Positions 38,143 to 51,800 of a stretch of DNA of 64,000 bases are shown one piece after another. Under the pieces are notes generated by a model. It did no database searches, was not told the DNA's origin, and saw only the letters and a program-made list of their open reading frames with translations. The stretch comes from Azolla caroliniana (Eukaryota; Plantae; Polypodiophyta): NCBI GenBank assembly GCA_043228905.1, contig JBHGNT010000013.1:16368001-16432000 (forward strand), read 5' to 3'. Position 1 is the stretch's first letter, and every line of letters begins with the position of its first letter. A program made the translations under genes and the position numbers.

Positions 38143-38206
<64 letters not shown>

Positions 38207-38368
38207 CATAATGTATGTATTGTATACATATGTATATGTATGTGTATATGCATAATGTATGTATGTATCAGTATATGTATATGTACATGCATAATGTATG
38301 TATCGTATATGTATATGTATATGTATATGCATAATGTATGTATTGTATATATATGTATATGTATATGT
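38078..38368. repeat. Compound (TATG)/(TATGTG)/(TA) microsatellite just upstream of the HST start
   Basis: Direct observation. Confidence 0.95.
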
Positions 38369-38464
38369 AAGGACAACTAAGCCAAAACCCCAAGTTTTGT
38401 TCAGTATATATGTGGTGAAAGATTGACCACTTATTAATTGCATGTTTCCAATCTTCATGTATAT

Positions 38465-39698
38465 ATGTGGTAGCTTTTATTCATCGGATACATAGTCAAC
38501 CACAAGATAGGATATCCCGTCGAGCCTTTGAGGCATCCCGATCCTTACATGTGTCTGGAGACACCAACTCTTGGTATAGCATTGTGGTGAGTTGGTTATT
38601 TGCAAATGGCATAGACATCAATAACCTACCTCCCCTTAAGTACAACCATGGGACTGATCAAACTTTAATCTCTCGTGAAGATCGTAATAAAGTGATACGC
38701 CAAGACATATGGCAAATCTACACTCGATACAAATGGATCACCCCACGAGAGCCACTCCCATCTAAAATGGTGTACTATAAGGAACACTTCTTGCACTTCT
38801 CTAAGTTAGGGTTTATTACACGACCAAGATACCTAGATACTTTCTTATCAAATGCACTAAGGGTGGCCATTGGACAACTTAGGATATCATCTCACCAACT
38901 TGAGATTGAGAATGGTTGAGCTAATAGAGTCCCTAGAGAGGAAAGGCTATGTAGGTTATGCCACATAGAGATAGAGGATGAGTATCACTTCACATGCAAG
39001 TGCCCAACTTATGCCGAGATACGGGCGGAATACCAAGACATACTAGGACCCTCTCCCACCCTCTCCAAACTATTAGATACCCCGAGTGTAAAGAGACTAG
39101 GTAGGTATATCTTAGAGCTAAAACAACATAGGGAGGATAAATTACAAAGTGTTAATCATAACCCTTTTACTACTCATCAACATGTACCTAGTGTAATTTT
39201 TCAGGAACATGGGGAGACGATGAATGTGGATACACTTATGCCGCTCGGCCTCTCCCTTGAGGAAGCAGAAATACAAAGAGCAACCAAACGTCCTCGGATG
39301 TTGGGCTTCAACACAAGTCAACGTGGAGTAGAAAAGATTAAGAAGATAAGGGAACGTGAGCTACGCCGACTCGAAGCTATGGTTGGGGTACCTCTTACAT
39401 GGGGACCACGGGCCACATCCACATCATGGCAACCCTTTGACCCCCCGCTTCTCTTCGAGAGACTTGGATGGAAATGAAATTAGGCCTAGTATAGAATCAT
39501 TCTCATTGTAGAACATGTTTTTTATATAGAACATGTTTGTTGTTTTCTTAGAACTATTTAGCTTAAACTCTATTTTATCTTATTTTTATTTTTACTTTCG
39601 ATGAATGGGTAAATATCCCATTTTTGTTGTACACCATTTGTCTCATGGGCCAATTTTGGCCTTAGAAGACGTTAATATATCTTTCTTTCTTTCTTCTT
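38465..39698 (+). mobile_element. 5'-truncated LINE (RTE-X/L2-like C-terminus) with (CTTT)n tail
   Basis: LRISSHQLEIENG*...RLCRLCHIEIEDEYHFTCKCPTY; 3' stem-loop shared with the LINE at 55013-56820. Confidence 0.8.
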
Positions 39699-39709
39699 TC
39701 TACATGTAT

Positions 39710-39713
<4 letters not shown>

Positions 39714-39745
<32 letters not shown>

Positions 39746-40058
39746 AGATATCCTGTCATTAGTATAAACAAATTACAAGATTTTAAACCTCTATGTAATC
39801 GGCGGGGGAAACAACCATTTCGGTGGCTGAAAATGCCAATAAGGAGTAGTGTACCTGGATGTCACAAATGGAGTAGCTGTCCAGATAATAAGAAACTCAT
39901 GCCGTTGAGCAATTTTAGCATCAGAATCTCCCACTATACCATCCCATTGACCCTTCAAAGCATGAACTATCTCTAACCAAATATTAGAAATCACTTCAGC
40001 AGGTGGTGTTTTCAGATTATGGAAAACGAGAGAACACCGAGCTTTCCAAATGTGATCC
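39714..40058 (-). mobile_element. 5'-truncated L1 with poly(A) tail
   Basis: Poly-T 39712-39740; 15-bp TSD TCTACATGTATAGTT (39699-39713, 40059-40073); HIWKARCSLVF...PPKWLFPPP. Confidence 0.9.
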
Positions 40059-41603
40059 TCTACATGTATAGTTGTAGCCACATGCTCACAACATATCACC
40101 CACTTAGAGAGTATATAAGATTGTGTATAGTCATAGCAAGTATATGGACAAAGCAATAACATTTGGACAAGTAGTACAAACGACGAACAAACCAAGCCTC
40201 CCATTCAAGAGGTGGATGTAAGCATTGCATGATGCTACTATACTTTTGTTACATTGTTACTTTTCTCGAGGAATCATGCTTGAGTTTTTGGGTCACGAAT
40301 GTTTAGGAGAATATATAAGCATGTTTCAAATATTTTCTTTCCATCGTGAAGAATTTGAACATATTTCTTAGTTGCTTATAAGTTATTAGTAAATTTATTG
40401 AGTATATTTATCAAGTTTCAGCATCTGTGCCTTACGGCTTTGCAAGGAGTGCAGGTCGGTGTACCGCTTGAATACGGAGCATGTCCACTCTCGATAGCAA
40501 CGTTAGTTGAGGTTTGAAAGGATATACCATGTGACAAATATATTACAAAAGGCACCATTTACAATTTCACTAAGTGGGTTTTTTCAACCCATGTCATACG
40601 TGAAGTCTTTTCTTGTTGTCCACTTAAATGGCCATTATAACTCGAGAGCACAATCATGACTTTCTTAGAGGGGGAAACACAAAACAAGAAAAGGTGTTTG
40701 TTGCTATGTATACAATATCTTTACATGTGGTATAAGGGTATGCAATCTATCATTACATTTTGAGTCTTGTTGGTTTTTATTTTGTTATGGGGATGTACAC
40801 ATGATACAATTAGTATAACCATTAACTATTTTATCATGTTTGATGTGGTAGTCTTGTTGCCTATGGAATGTTTGATAACTCTTGCATAACTTTCACCTCA
40901 TCATACTCCGTAGAATCCAAAAGTGTTTGGTCACTCTTGCTTTCTCACTAAAAGGTGTTGATATGGCAAGAGTAGATTGAAGCTTAAATTCATCATATTT
41001 GTCACATCCTAGTACGAACAATCTTCCTTTGGGGATTAAGCCTTGTAAGACTCAAGTTTTATCACTTGTTTGTCCCTAGTGCCAGCACAATCTTACAACA
41101 AGAAAGAAAATATTAGAATATTTATAGAAATATTCTATTATGTCAACTAGATCCAATTATGTCTTTTAGTGATTACTTTAGGGGTATAGGTAATCACATG
41201 TTAGAACTCGAATCAAATAATGTTGCAATATGTGAATATTCAGATTAGACATGATAATTTCTTTGTTGTTTTCCAATCTCTTCTTCATCCATCACCTAAT
41301 GAAGCCTCCAAAGGAATGAGAGATATATATATCGGGAATGCATGTCATGTATCATCATCATCATTGCTAACTTGTTTCAGACCTAAAGGCGTAAGTGAGT
41401 ATCAGCTTCACAATGTTCAATGTTACAACATATGTATGAAAATTTTGACGGACATTCTTCTGTACATGACTTGGAAAGGTAGAAGGTTGCGGAACTCATT
41501 TAATTTCATTCACAAAATTTATTAAGTATGGGAAGCATCATCATATCGTTAAAAGTTTGTCAAGTTATCGGGGAAGATGAAAACTTAAAAACTAATGTGC
41601 TCA

Positions 41604-43908
41604 TCAATCTCTAGATGCAACATGGTGGAAGTGGCTATGGAGGTGGTGACTGCTAGGTGGAGGTGGGGGAGGATGAGGAAGGTTCGGATCGACTTCTACA
41701 GAGAAGGCAATGTAGTTAACCATGCCATTTCCGAGGTCATCAAACTTGAGGGCAATTAGGTCAGAGTCGGCGTCATTAAGGAAGAGGCCCGCCTTGGCAC
41801 TGAGGGCTTGGAAGAATTGATGGCGAGTGACGTGACCCACGGCCTTGCTACTATTCCGATTGGAGACAAAGTCATCGAAGAACCCACGCAATGACACGCG
41901 GCGGCGCGTGCACTCCGCCCGAACATTAGAGAGGATTGTGGCGAGGCGTGCTTCCTGAGCACGTGACAGCTCCCTAATGCCTTGTTCGAAGCGTTCCGGA
42001 GCGAGGCCGGGTATCTCAGGAACAGTCGGCGGCTATTCAAGACAACAAACCATGAAGCATTTACAATCATATGTTTTAGAAAGATTTTTAACCTTAAAAA
42101 AGCAAATACTCTTTGATATGGATACACAAGCATATGCTAATCTATATACATTTACACAAACACACTTAATTTTTTAGCAATGTTTTATATAACAGGTGGT
42201 AAAGATGTCAAAATGAGGTGAAATCCCACATTCACAACATGTCTGGTTAGTAGAAACATTGCAAGAAAAGGGCATAAACACACACATGCATGCATTCAAT
42301 AAGAGGAAGTCAATGTATATTATGCATAGGTGGTAACCTCTCGCCATGGCGTCTTCTCGAGCTCCTTGAACGTGAAAACGGTGTCGATCTCATCGCAGAA
42401 TGCTGTCCAACAGACGCGGAATTGGGGGTCTTCGGGGACTCTATAGTTGTCACAAAGTGCCCTCACTTCTCGAGGTGTGAGCTCCACGGCCGAGTTGTCC
42501 AACGCGGACGCGAATTGTGTCTCCAGTATGAGCCTTCCTCTCAGCTTGTCAAAATCGCGCATGAACTCTCGTGACCGTATCCGATTCTTATACACAACCG
42601 ACTTTACTTTGTTCTCCACATCTACTACATCCACATTATCTGGGGCCACCTAGTACATTCAAATCACCACCAGTTAATGTGTCCAAAGTAGTTAAATTCA
42701 TCTAATCCATACTCACTACATTATGTTAAAGATTTTTGCTACCCCCTGAACAAACACAAATGTATTGCTGTCATTTTCTTTTTCTTATTTTTTTACCTTC
42801 CAGTGTTTCATTAGCAAGACTTCGAAGCGTCTATCACACGAGATCTTAGAGCTTGTGAGAGCATAATATTCCAGAAAGTCATGTATCGTGATATGCTCTA
42901 AGTTGCCGAATGAAGCTGAAAGGAAAGCATTAGTAACTTCGTGCACATTGAACCTCTCAAGCATCACAGCTGGGTGGCACTTTGCATTGTAGACTTCTTT
43001 GATCCTATCCTGTGTGACATAGCCATCATGGTGCTGCATCCATTCCCCCCCACAAAAACAAAAACAAGAAACAGAAAAGAAGGAAATATTTATTTTTCAT
43101 GTTGTGAGAGAGATCATATTAATAAGTGTGTTTGGTTTTTGGTAAAAGATTCAAGTTTAACATTAAATTTAGCCTTCTCTTTTAAGAAGATCCTAACCTC
43201 ATTAACACATATATATATTTGTTTACCAAATACCTGATCTAACTTGTTGAAAGCCTTGGCTACTAGCTTCTCCCTGAAATCGCTCAACTGAAACAAATAA
43301 AAAAATGTATGTCATCTAGGTAAATCATTATTATGCTTCTTTCAATGTATCAGCCTAACATTCGACAGGATCTAAATGTATAGGTGAAAACTACGCCCTA
43401 AACCCATTATGTAAAGGCGGACTTGAGCATATGACAATTTACCTTTCCCCTTAATCCCCAAAGCAAATCCAAGAAACGGATGTCTTTCTTATTGCACGCT
43501 TCATATGTATTCAAAACTTCGGTAAGTTCCTGTGACATAACCCAATGAATCCCATCCAAAGTTGCTTCCATCGGTGTTCATTACCGTGAAAAGTCTCTTG
43601 TATCAACAAACTTATATGATTCTTCATAATTACCTCTTCAGTGATCTTTACTCTGCAACTCTTCAAGAAATTGACAAACTCATCCTTTTTGAGGTGCTTA
43701 TCCTTGTCAAGCTTTCTCTTTGCTTTAGAAATTTCCTAAAAGATTTAGGGGAAATTTGGAATCAATAAGTCTAAACAACCCCATGAATATTCTACACCAC
43801 TTTACTAGATTCGATACCATTTGGGAAACATACCTCAATACCATTTGCACCGGATTCAATGAAATGGTCTCTTAATCCTTCGAGGATGAAAACCAAAGGA
43901 AGAACCAT
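41604..43908 (-). CDS. Multi-EF-hand protein: calcyphosin-like N-terminal half plus degenerate EF-hand repeats (putative axonemal protein); about 7 exons (about 43833-43908, 43634-43737, 43443-43529, 43234-43287, 42797-43033, 42338-42649, 41604-42032)
   Basis: GANGIE..KDEFVNFL..LRGKLSDFREKLVAKAFNKLD..DGYVT..YNAKCHPAV..FLEYY..D..F..W (calcyphosin pattern), then RIRSREFMRDFDKLRG..TQFASAL and FFDDF..GHVTRHQF..GMVNYIAF; last three exon junctions checked in frame. Confidence 0.8.
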
Positions 43909-45933
43909 AATTGCAACTAGGAAAAAAAATACAACAATTATTGCAACATTAAGTTCTGATTATAAATCTTCGCATATGAAAGTTTTTTTTTCTCGATCGA
44001 TGGATGATCGAAAGTTTTTAGTATATCCTGATTTATGATAGGTGGTAAAATGTACCGCTTTATTCAAACAAATCAATGCAATGAAGCATCCTCTTCCTTA
44101 GAGCATTGGGTCTGATAAAAAAAACAAAAATGGAAAAGATTAGCATTGTACTCCACATCCTCTATTTAATGCTTTCTCCCTATACCATAGGTTTAATTTA
44201 CAAGCTTTTCCTGTCTCTTTAAAGAATATTTCGTGATAGCATGCCATGCATTGGTGGAGTGAGAAACGCAAAATTAAATATAAAACAAAAACAGGAACAA
44301 AATCAAGGAAAGAAAGACAACAGTTTAACCCCATTTTCATAATGTGCTTCATTATACAAAAAAAACAGGGGACGGGGAAAGAGAGAGAATTACAAGATAG
44401 ATTGTTGCAGTGTGTTGTGAAAAAACGGGGGAAAAGGGGGAGGGAAGAAGGGAAGAAGGGAAGAGAAACCATGAATCTATCCTACCTTCTAACAAGAGAA
44501 ATTTAGCCATAGAATTAAAAAGAGGAGAAAACAGAGAGATGGGAAAGGCTGCCAATCCATGGCAAATGAAACGGCGTAAGGAATTTTGTTAGTACCCCTC
44601 ACATGCAGAATTCCTCTGACTTCTACATAACATTTTATGTATCTCCATATACATATATGTATGTAACTTTGGGCTCTCTATTTGAAGCAAATCTTTGTAT
44701 GTAATGTGCTAAGTCTCTAGTCCATCGATCCGCCCATCGTGTTTTTGTCGTCTTGTCCTAGGGGAGACCACTGGAGCCTTCGATGGCATTCCCGGAAACA
44801 AAGAAAAAGAAGAAGAAGCAAGCTCGAGATTCTCAGACAGGGTGAAAAAGGGAGGGGATAGCCGGACAATACCTTTTCCCCCTTTCTCGAACTCCAGTCT
44901 GTAGTCCTCCCGGAAATTACGTCAACGTTTCGTTTACGATGTTTTTTCGGACATTGATCACAAACGCAAGGCCCAACGCGGGTTTTGAAGTGAAGCACTT
45001 CTTTGTTTGTCGCTAGGCCAAAGCCTGTGGTAGATGGGGGGCTACCTCGCTACGATACTTTCTCGCCAAAGGAATGATGAAATGCGTGACCCGACCTAGA
45101 ATATGATTTGTAGATTGCAGTTTGTGCATTGAGAATGAGTTGGTTGAAAAAGATTTACAAGGTATGTGTAAGAAAAGTTAAGGAGTTTATGAAAGAAAGA
45201 AATCCCCCGTTGGTTTGGAGTTTTTTTGCTATAATTTAAATTGATATTGCTTGACATATAATATCTCAAAATGTTTCACACGGAAACAATCTCTTATTAG
45301 TTCATGGGTATAGATTTCTACATGAATATCAATATAAATTTTCCATACTGACAAATATTTTAGCATTATAGTTTTCCCAATTTTATACGGTTCTTAATGG
45401 ATAGCAGTCGTAATGCAAGAAGAGGACTAATCTTTGAAAGTTCTTGTACCCCATTTCTGAAGTCACATTTAACTCACCACCTCTCAAGAAGAGGTAGCGC
45501 TTAGCATTACGAAATATAGGCTTTTACATCAACTTTCCGAACTAGGCTTAGCACAATGGTAGAGTGCGAAGCATCGATAAAAAGAAGGATAGATTGAAAG
45601 TCAAGCAACTTAGAAGCCAAGCAAGAGAAAATTAGATAGATGGATAGATAGATAGTGCTTGTGAGAAATTAGACCCAGACTTACATATAATTTTGTTTTC
45701 CAATTAGAATCAGGAATACCATAGTTTGTTTGAGAAGGATCATCTCAATGTGACCCTTGGTGAAGACAATATTATTCCTCTTCTATTAGGTGGGTGATTG
45801 AAATTTCTCCTTCTCGGGGGAGCCCCAACATATTCGACCATCTTTGTTAATGCAATTGTTTATGTTTAGCAATCATATGGTGCCCCTAGCAAATGTACTA
45901 AGCAAATGTCGACGAAGTAGCTCAACCTTGCCA

Positions 45934-47307
45934 ATGCCGATGCTAATGTGGAAGGTGTCCACATTGCAACCAATATTTCTCCTCCTAAGTTTAGCATCCC
46001 TACCGGGTAAGCACAATGTCCCCCATTCCCACTCTACCACTTACTAATAGCTTAGCAAAATCTAAAACTTAATAATAATAGCTTAGCACAATCTAAAACT
46101 TAATAGTAATAGCTTAGGACAATCTAAAACTTAATAATAATAGCTTAGCACAATCTAAAACTAAATAATATAGCTTAGCACAATCTAAAACTTAATAATA
46201 TAGCTTAGCACAATCTAAAACTTGATGCATGCAGTGTTGTACCTATGAATATTGAGATATTTAAATAAAATGTTGGGGAGGTACCTACCAGTGACGACTA
46301 AGGCGGTGACCTTCACTGTCGCCAACGAGTGCAAGTACACGGTGTGGCCGGGCATTCTCACGAGCGCGAACGTCCCCAGGAATAGCAGCAGCAGCACGGG
46401 GTACGAGCTCCCGGCGGGGCGAAGGGCACAAATGACAATGGCGGCCGGGTGGTCGGGCCGGGTGTGGGGGCGTACGGGTTGCGTGTTTGATGGGTCGGGC
46501 GTGGGGAGCTGCGCATCGGGGGATTGCGCGGGCCGGCTGAGCTGCGATGGCACGGGGGCGGCCCCGCCCACGACCCTCGCAGAGTTCGCATTGCAAGGCT
46601 TGGGTGTGTTGCAAGACTTCTACGACGTGAGCCTCGTAGACGGCTTCAACCTCCCGCTCTCAATCGTGCCCCTCAATTCCACTTGCAAGGTCGCGTCGTG
46701 CAATGCGAGCATAGACTCGGGGTGCCCCGCGGAGCTGCGGGTCCTTAGCCCGGCCACCGGAGCCGTGGTCGGGTGCAAGAGTGCATGCATCGCATTCGGC
46801 ACCCCGCAATATTGTTGCTCCGGGGCCTACGCCACGCCGTCCACTTGCAAACCCACATCGTACTCGCGCTTCTTCAAGGCCGCGTGCCCCTCGGCTTATA
46901 GCTATGCCTATGATGACCCATCCAGCCTTTATACCTGCTCTGCCTCCACTTACACCATCACATTCTGCCCCAAGCCTTCTTCCTCTACCAGGTATTATTA
47001 TTGTAGCTATCAACTTACATGTGCCCTACCATCAAGTTATCACTACATTTTGAATCTTTCTCTCCCAATTTGCATGCAATATATATGTATGTACATATAC
47101 ATTTAGAAATTGGTCAAGGAAATTACAATGTTTTATCACAGTGCCACCCAAACTTCAGCTTCCTCCTCAACGATCGCGTGTGGACCATCGCTAGGAAAGT
47201 ATACCATTCTCGCGGCCGCCTGCCTCATATGCTTTCTCTTGCAGTACTCTGACCTACTACAATATTCGAATAGCCGACATAAGTACGACGATCCCGTAGT
47301 GTACTGA
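45934..47307 (+). CDS. Thaumatin-like protein (PR-5 family); exons 45934-46006, 46292-46991, 47142-47307
   Basis: Signal-peptide exon; NECKYTVWPG, WSGRVWGRTGC, PPTTLAEF, DFYDVSLVDGFNLP, FFKAACPSAYSYAYDD, ITFCP; splice phases compatible. Confidence 0.93.
46046..46223. repeat. Minisatellite of about 31 bp (about 6 copies) in thaumatin intron 1
   Basis: TAATAGCTTAGCACAATCTAAAACTTAATAA repeats. Confidence 0.93.
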
Positions 47308-48806
47308 TTGGCTTCATCATCATGTGAAATGGTGTGGGTTTGCTCAATTTCTACATTTTGTTAGCATATTTCCCTTATGAAAGGCAATGCCACGGTTTTC
47401 TAGCATTTCCCATTGAAACACAATGATTTAGTGTGGATGGTTTGAAACTTGAATTATATATAAAGTATCATGTATAAATGAACACAACATCACACCACAT
47501 CACTTTAGACTCTTGGAACTCCCAACTTAATGTCCATACATCTGTTAAGATTTAGAGTTTCTATAATGAGAAGCCTGAATATGTAATAAGTAACAATTTG
47601 TGCAAACATTTTTACAATGTCCATTGTCTTCCATGAGAATGCTTGCACATTATGTTTTGGCATCTTGCCTCAAGGTGTTATTGCCCATTTTCTGGTTTTA
47701 ACCAAATCTAAGCTCCACATGCCAAATTTGCCATTGCGTTCACTATGGATATGACAACATACATAGCATACATATATAATATATATATATAGCTTCACTA
47801 TCGATATGCCATTGTGTTCAATATATAGCATACATACATATGTAGATGCGTCTAGACTCTATACATACATGCATATATACATACTAGCCCTTCCTTGTAT
47901 ACCTTACGGCCTTTATATTTGGCTGATTGTGGTGCCATACCGCAACTTCAATACCTAGGTTATGGGAAGGATTATTAGGGCTCGACGAGAGTTAATACTA
48001 ATTCTCATAACCAGATACTATCAAATACAGTCAATAGGTATTTTTGTCTTATACAGAGCCCAACATTCAGCATTGATGTTTGCAAGGTCATATGCTAATT
48101 TTGTCCTTCTTTAGCACCTTTCCACTTCTTCTTTAAGTTGAAAATAACTCTAATTTCAAATAAAAACTAATTAGTTTGGTAGCATTATCTAAAAATAGGA
48201 GTGACAATTACAACTCCAAAAGTCACATTTCAAATGTATTTAAATCACTATAGTATCACATATTTTTTTGTGACTTCATCTAAGAATATATATACAAGTT
48301 TATGTGTTAATTCAAATATCTAGTTTGTTATATCTTACCTCTTCATCTCCGTCCCTCAAAGTTATAATCCTTACATGGTATCAGAGTAGAGTTTTGATAA
48401 AAAACCTAAGCGCTATCCTCTTGAGCCATATACCTCTAAACTGCTAGTCATAATCCCTGCACACTCAAAGTTATCCGCAGACAGTATGACTACATCTAGC
48501 AGGAAATACGTCTTAGATAAGTTAATGGAGAAAATTTTCAAAAATTGGAAGTCGAAAATAGAATTGGTACTAGATATTGAAGGGATTCTTGAGGTTGTGG
48601 ATGGCACCTGGGAAGAACCAATAGATAAAACATCAAAAGAATGGAAAACATGGAAGGCTCGAGATAAAATAGCACACTTGGAAATTCTACTACACGTAGA
48701 TGACAAGCAAGCAGACATTATCTCAAGACTCATCACAACTACCGCAATGTGGGCAAAACTAAAAGAGCTATACAAGCCACATGATGGTACAACTAAGCGA
48801 CATACA

Positions 48807-48845
48807 TGTAAACGTAAGTGTTTGCGGAAGCGTAAAACAGAGAAC

Positions 48846-48876
<31 letters not shown>

Positions 48877-51800
48877 CAGAACACAATTTCAAAATTATAT
48901 TGAGACTCTGTACACACACTTTGCTAAATAGCACTATTTATACAAGTCCTCTTGGGACTGTCAGAAGTACCATGTACTTCAATGCTCACACGAGCATCTG
49001 ACACTTACTACGAGACTATAGCTACCTAGTAGTCTATCCTATACTAGGCTTCGGATTGGACTTCCGGTTACGGATTGCACCCGGCCTCCACTGCTTGCCG
49101 GTTCGGTTGCTCATCGTAATACCGATCCGTCTCGCTTACCGGCTCCGGCTTATTCAGCCGATCCGGCTCCAGTTGAGCTTGCCGCTCAACACTCCCCCTC
49201 AAGCTCAACCTGAGGTGGGGTCGTAGTGTCGACCTCTGTGGCAGTCGGTTCTTCCAACCGACTTCTCCTGGCGTCACTCCGCCTTGCTCGCGCTCCTCGT
49301 CCGGTCCGGTCCCGTTTGCCGCGACCCCTTTGGTTCTGCGTGCCTCGACCCTCTCGGTCGGCATGTCTGCTCAATAGGCCCATCTCAGCACTCACGTTGC
49401 TGTGACTCCGGCACTTGCCGATTCGTCGGTTCTCCCACGATGGCATCGACTTCCGCTGTGTCCCTGTCCCCTTGGCTTTCAGTCGATCCGACTCATCCGG
49501 ATCCATCTGTTGGTCTGAGTCAGCTGTCTCTGACTCGTTCCAGCTCTTGTCCGAATCGGTACACTCCGAATCGACTTCCGGTTTTAGGCCTCTCACCACA
49601 TTAGACCACTTTCGAGTCTTGGCCTTCTCCATACTTCCCTCGGCTTCTTCAGCTGGTGAACCGAAATCGAATTCTTCATTCGACTCTGTATCATGGTCAG
49701 TACCGTCGTGATGACCTCCGCACAGCATGCGCTTCTCTTCCTGAGTGCACAATTCTTCTTCACAGCCGCTTGCTCCGACCTGTTCGGATGTGTCGACTTC
49801 CTTCGTCGACTCGGCTTCCTTCATCTTCTTGTCTCCTCTTCTTCCGGCTCTCCTCTTACCGACGGGTTCAACAGTTTTTTGGTTGCCCGTTTCGATAGAG
49901 ACTTTGCCCTTGCTTCTCCCCCTCAAGTGCGGCACGTCGAGATGCTGAATACCAAGCATGTTGGTAAAGTGCTACAACTTGTCCGATCCGAGCGGCTTGG
50001 TGAAGATGTCGGCAACTTGCCGATCCGTATGAACATACCGTAGGTCAACTTCACCGCTCAGGACCCGCTCACGCACGAAGTGGTAGTGCACCTCGATGTG
50101 CTTTGTGCGAGCATGGAACACAGGGTTCCTGGCGAGCTGCAGGCTGCTCATGTTATCACAGTAAATCGGGATCGGGGTCGGTACCTCGATTCGCAAGTCT
50201 CGCAGCAGTCGCCGAAGCCAGATGGCTTCACAAGTGGCAACGGTAGCGGCCCGGTACTCAGCCTCAGTGCTTGACAAAGCCACTGTGGGCTGCTTCTTGC
50301 TGCTCCACGCAACGGCCGCGCTACCAATGGAGAACATGTATCCGGAAGTGGAGCGGCGATCAGACGCATCGCCGACCCAGTCAGCATCTGTGTAACCGAC
50401 AAGCTCTTCGGGTATACCTTGTCGGTATAGCAGTCTCCGGTCCTTAGTGCCGCTGACATACCGTAATATTCGTTGCGCGCACTGAAGGTGCTCCACGGTC
50501 GGCTTCTGCATGAACTGGCTTACCATGCCGACCGGATAGCTGATGTCGGGTCGGGTGATGGTTAAGTAGATCAGGCTTCCGACAACCTGTCGGAACCGTT
50601 TCTCATTGCAGGCCAGTCCGGAGTTGGGACGGAGCTTCTGGTTTTGGTCCAGGGGTGTGGAGACAGGTCGGCAATCCGTCATGCCGAACTTATACAACAT
50701 ATTCAACACGTAATGTCGTTGTGAGAGCAATATGCCGTCGGGGGTCCGGATCACTTCGATCCCAAGAAAATAATGAAGGTCCCCCAGGTCCTTCATTTCG
50801 AATGCGTCCGACAACTGGGACTTGACGCGGTTGATTTCGGGAAGACCCGGTCCGGTGATGACTAAATCATCCACATACAAGAGTATACATACCGGACCGT
50901 CAGAGCCTTGCCGGATGAACAACGAAGAGTTCGACTTAGAGACAGCAAACCCCAGCTAACGCAACCGGTGTGTGATCTTTGCGTTCCAAGCTCGGGGGGC
51001 TTGCTTCAAGCCATAAAGCGACTTCTTCAGTCGGCATACCGCCGATTTGTTCATCTCCGATTGAAATCCGGGGGGCTGAGTCATAAAGACTTCTTCTTCA
51101 AGCTCTCCTTGAAGGAAGGCGTTCTTCACATCCATCTGGTGAAGACACCACCCCCTTGCCGCAGCAACTGCCAGTACCACACGAACCGTCGTCATTTTCG
51201 CCACAGGAGCGAAGGTCTCGTCGTAGTCGATTCCGTGGGTCTGCGCGTATCCCTTCGCTACCAACCGGGCTTTGTATCGGTTAACAGAACCGTCGACGTT
51301 GTACTTGACCTTGTACACCCACTTGCAACCGATCGGTTTACAGTGACGGGGAGGATCAACTAGGTCCCAAGTTTTGTTGGCATCGAGTGCCCGCATTTCT
51401 TCGTCCATAGCGGCACGCCAATTTGCGTCCTTTGCCGCTTCTGCGTAGCTCTTCGGCTCACGCACTTCTGTCACCTTAGTCATGTACGCATAATGATGCG
51501 CCATGTATTCATTGTACCCGTACCGCATGACGGGATCCTTCTGGCGGGTTGATCGGCGCAACGCACCGTCACCTGATTTGAGGCCCTTCTTGGCCAGTTC
51601 GGTCTTCGTTGCCGAAGATCCGCCTTTCTCCTTTCCGGAGTCGGATACGCACCGATCCGACTCATCGTTGCCGGTTTCGAATTCCGGCATCTTCCTCTTC
51701 CCCTTCTCTTTGCGCGTGAACCGTTTCCTCGGTTCCTTGCGCGGGGAGAGCACGACAGAGTCTCCACCACTTGCCGTCTCTTCATCCGACTGGTCGAACT

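Noticed and set aside
37505-38458. 317-aa ORF with HIHIHI/YTYT runs
   Set aside because: Microsatellite translation read into the real HST exon 1 (37685-38020)
45070-45140. Possible C/D snoRNA (ATGATGA)
   Set aside because: No matching D box or terminal stem found
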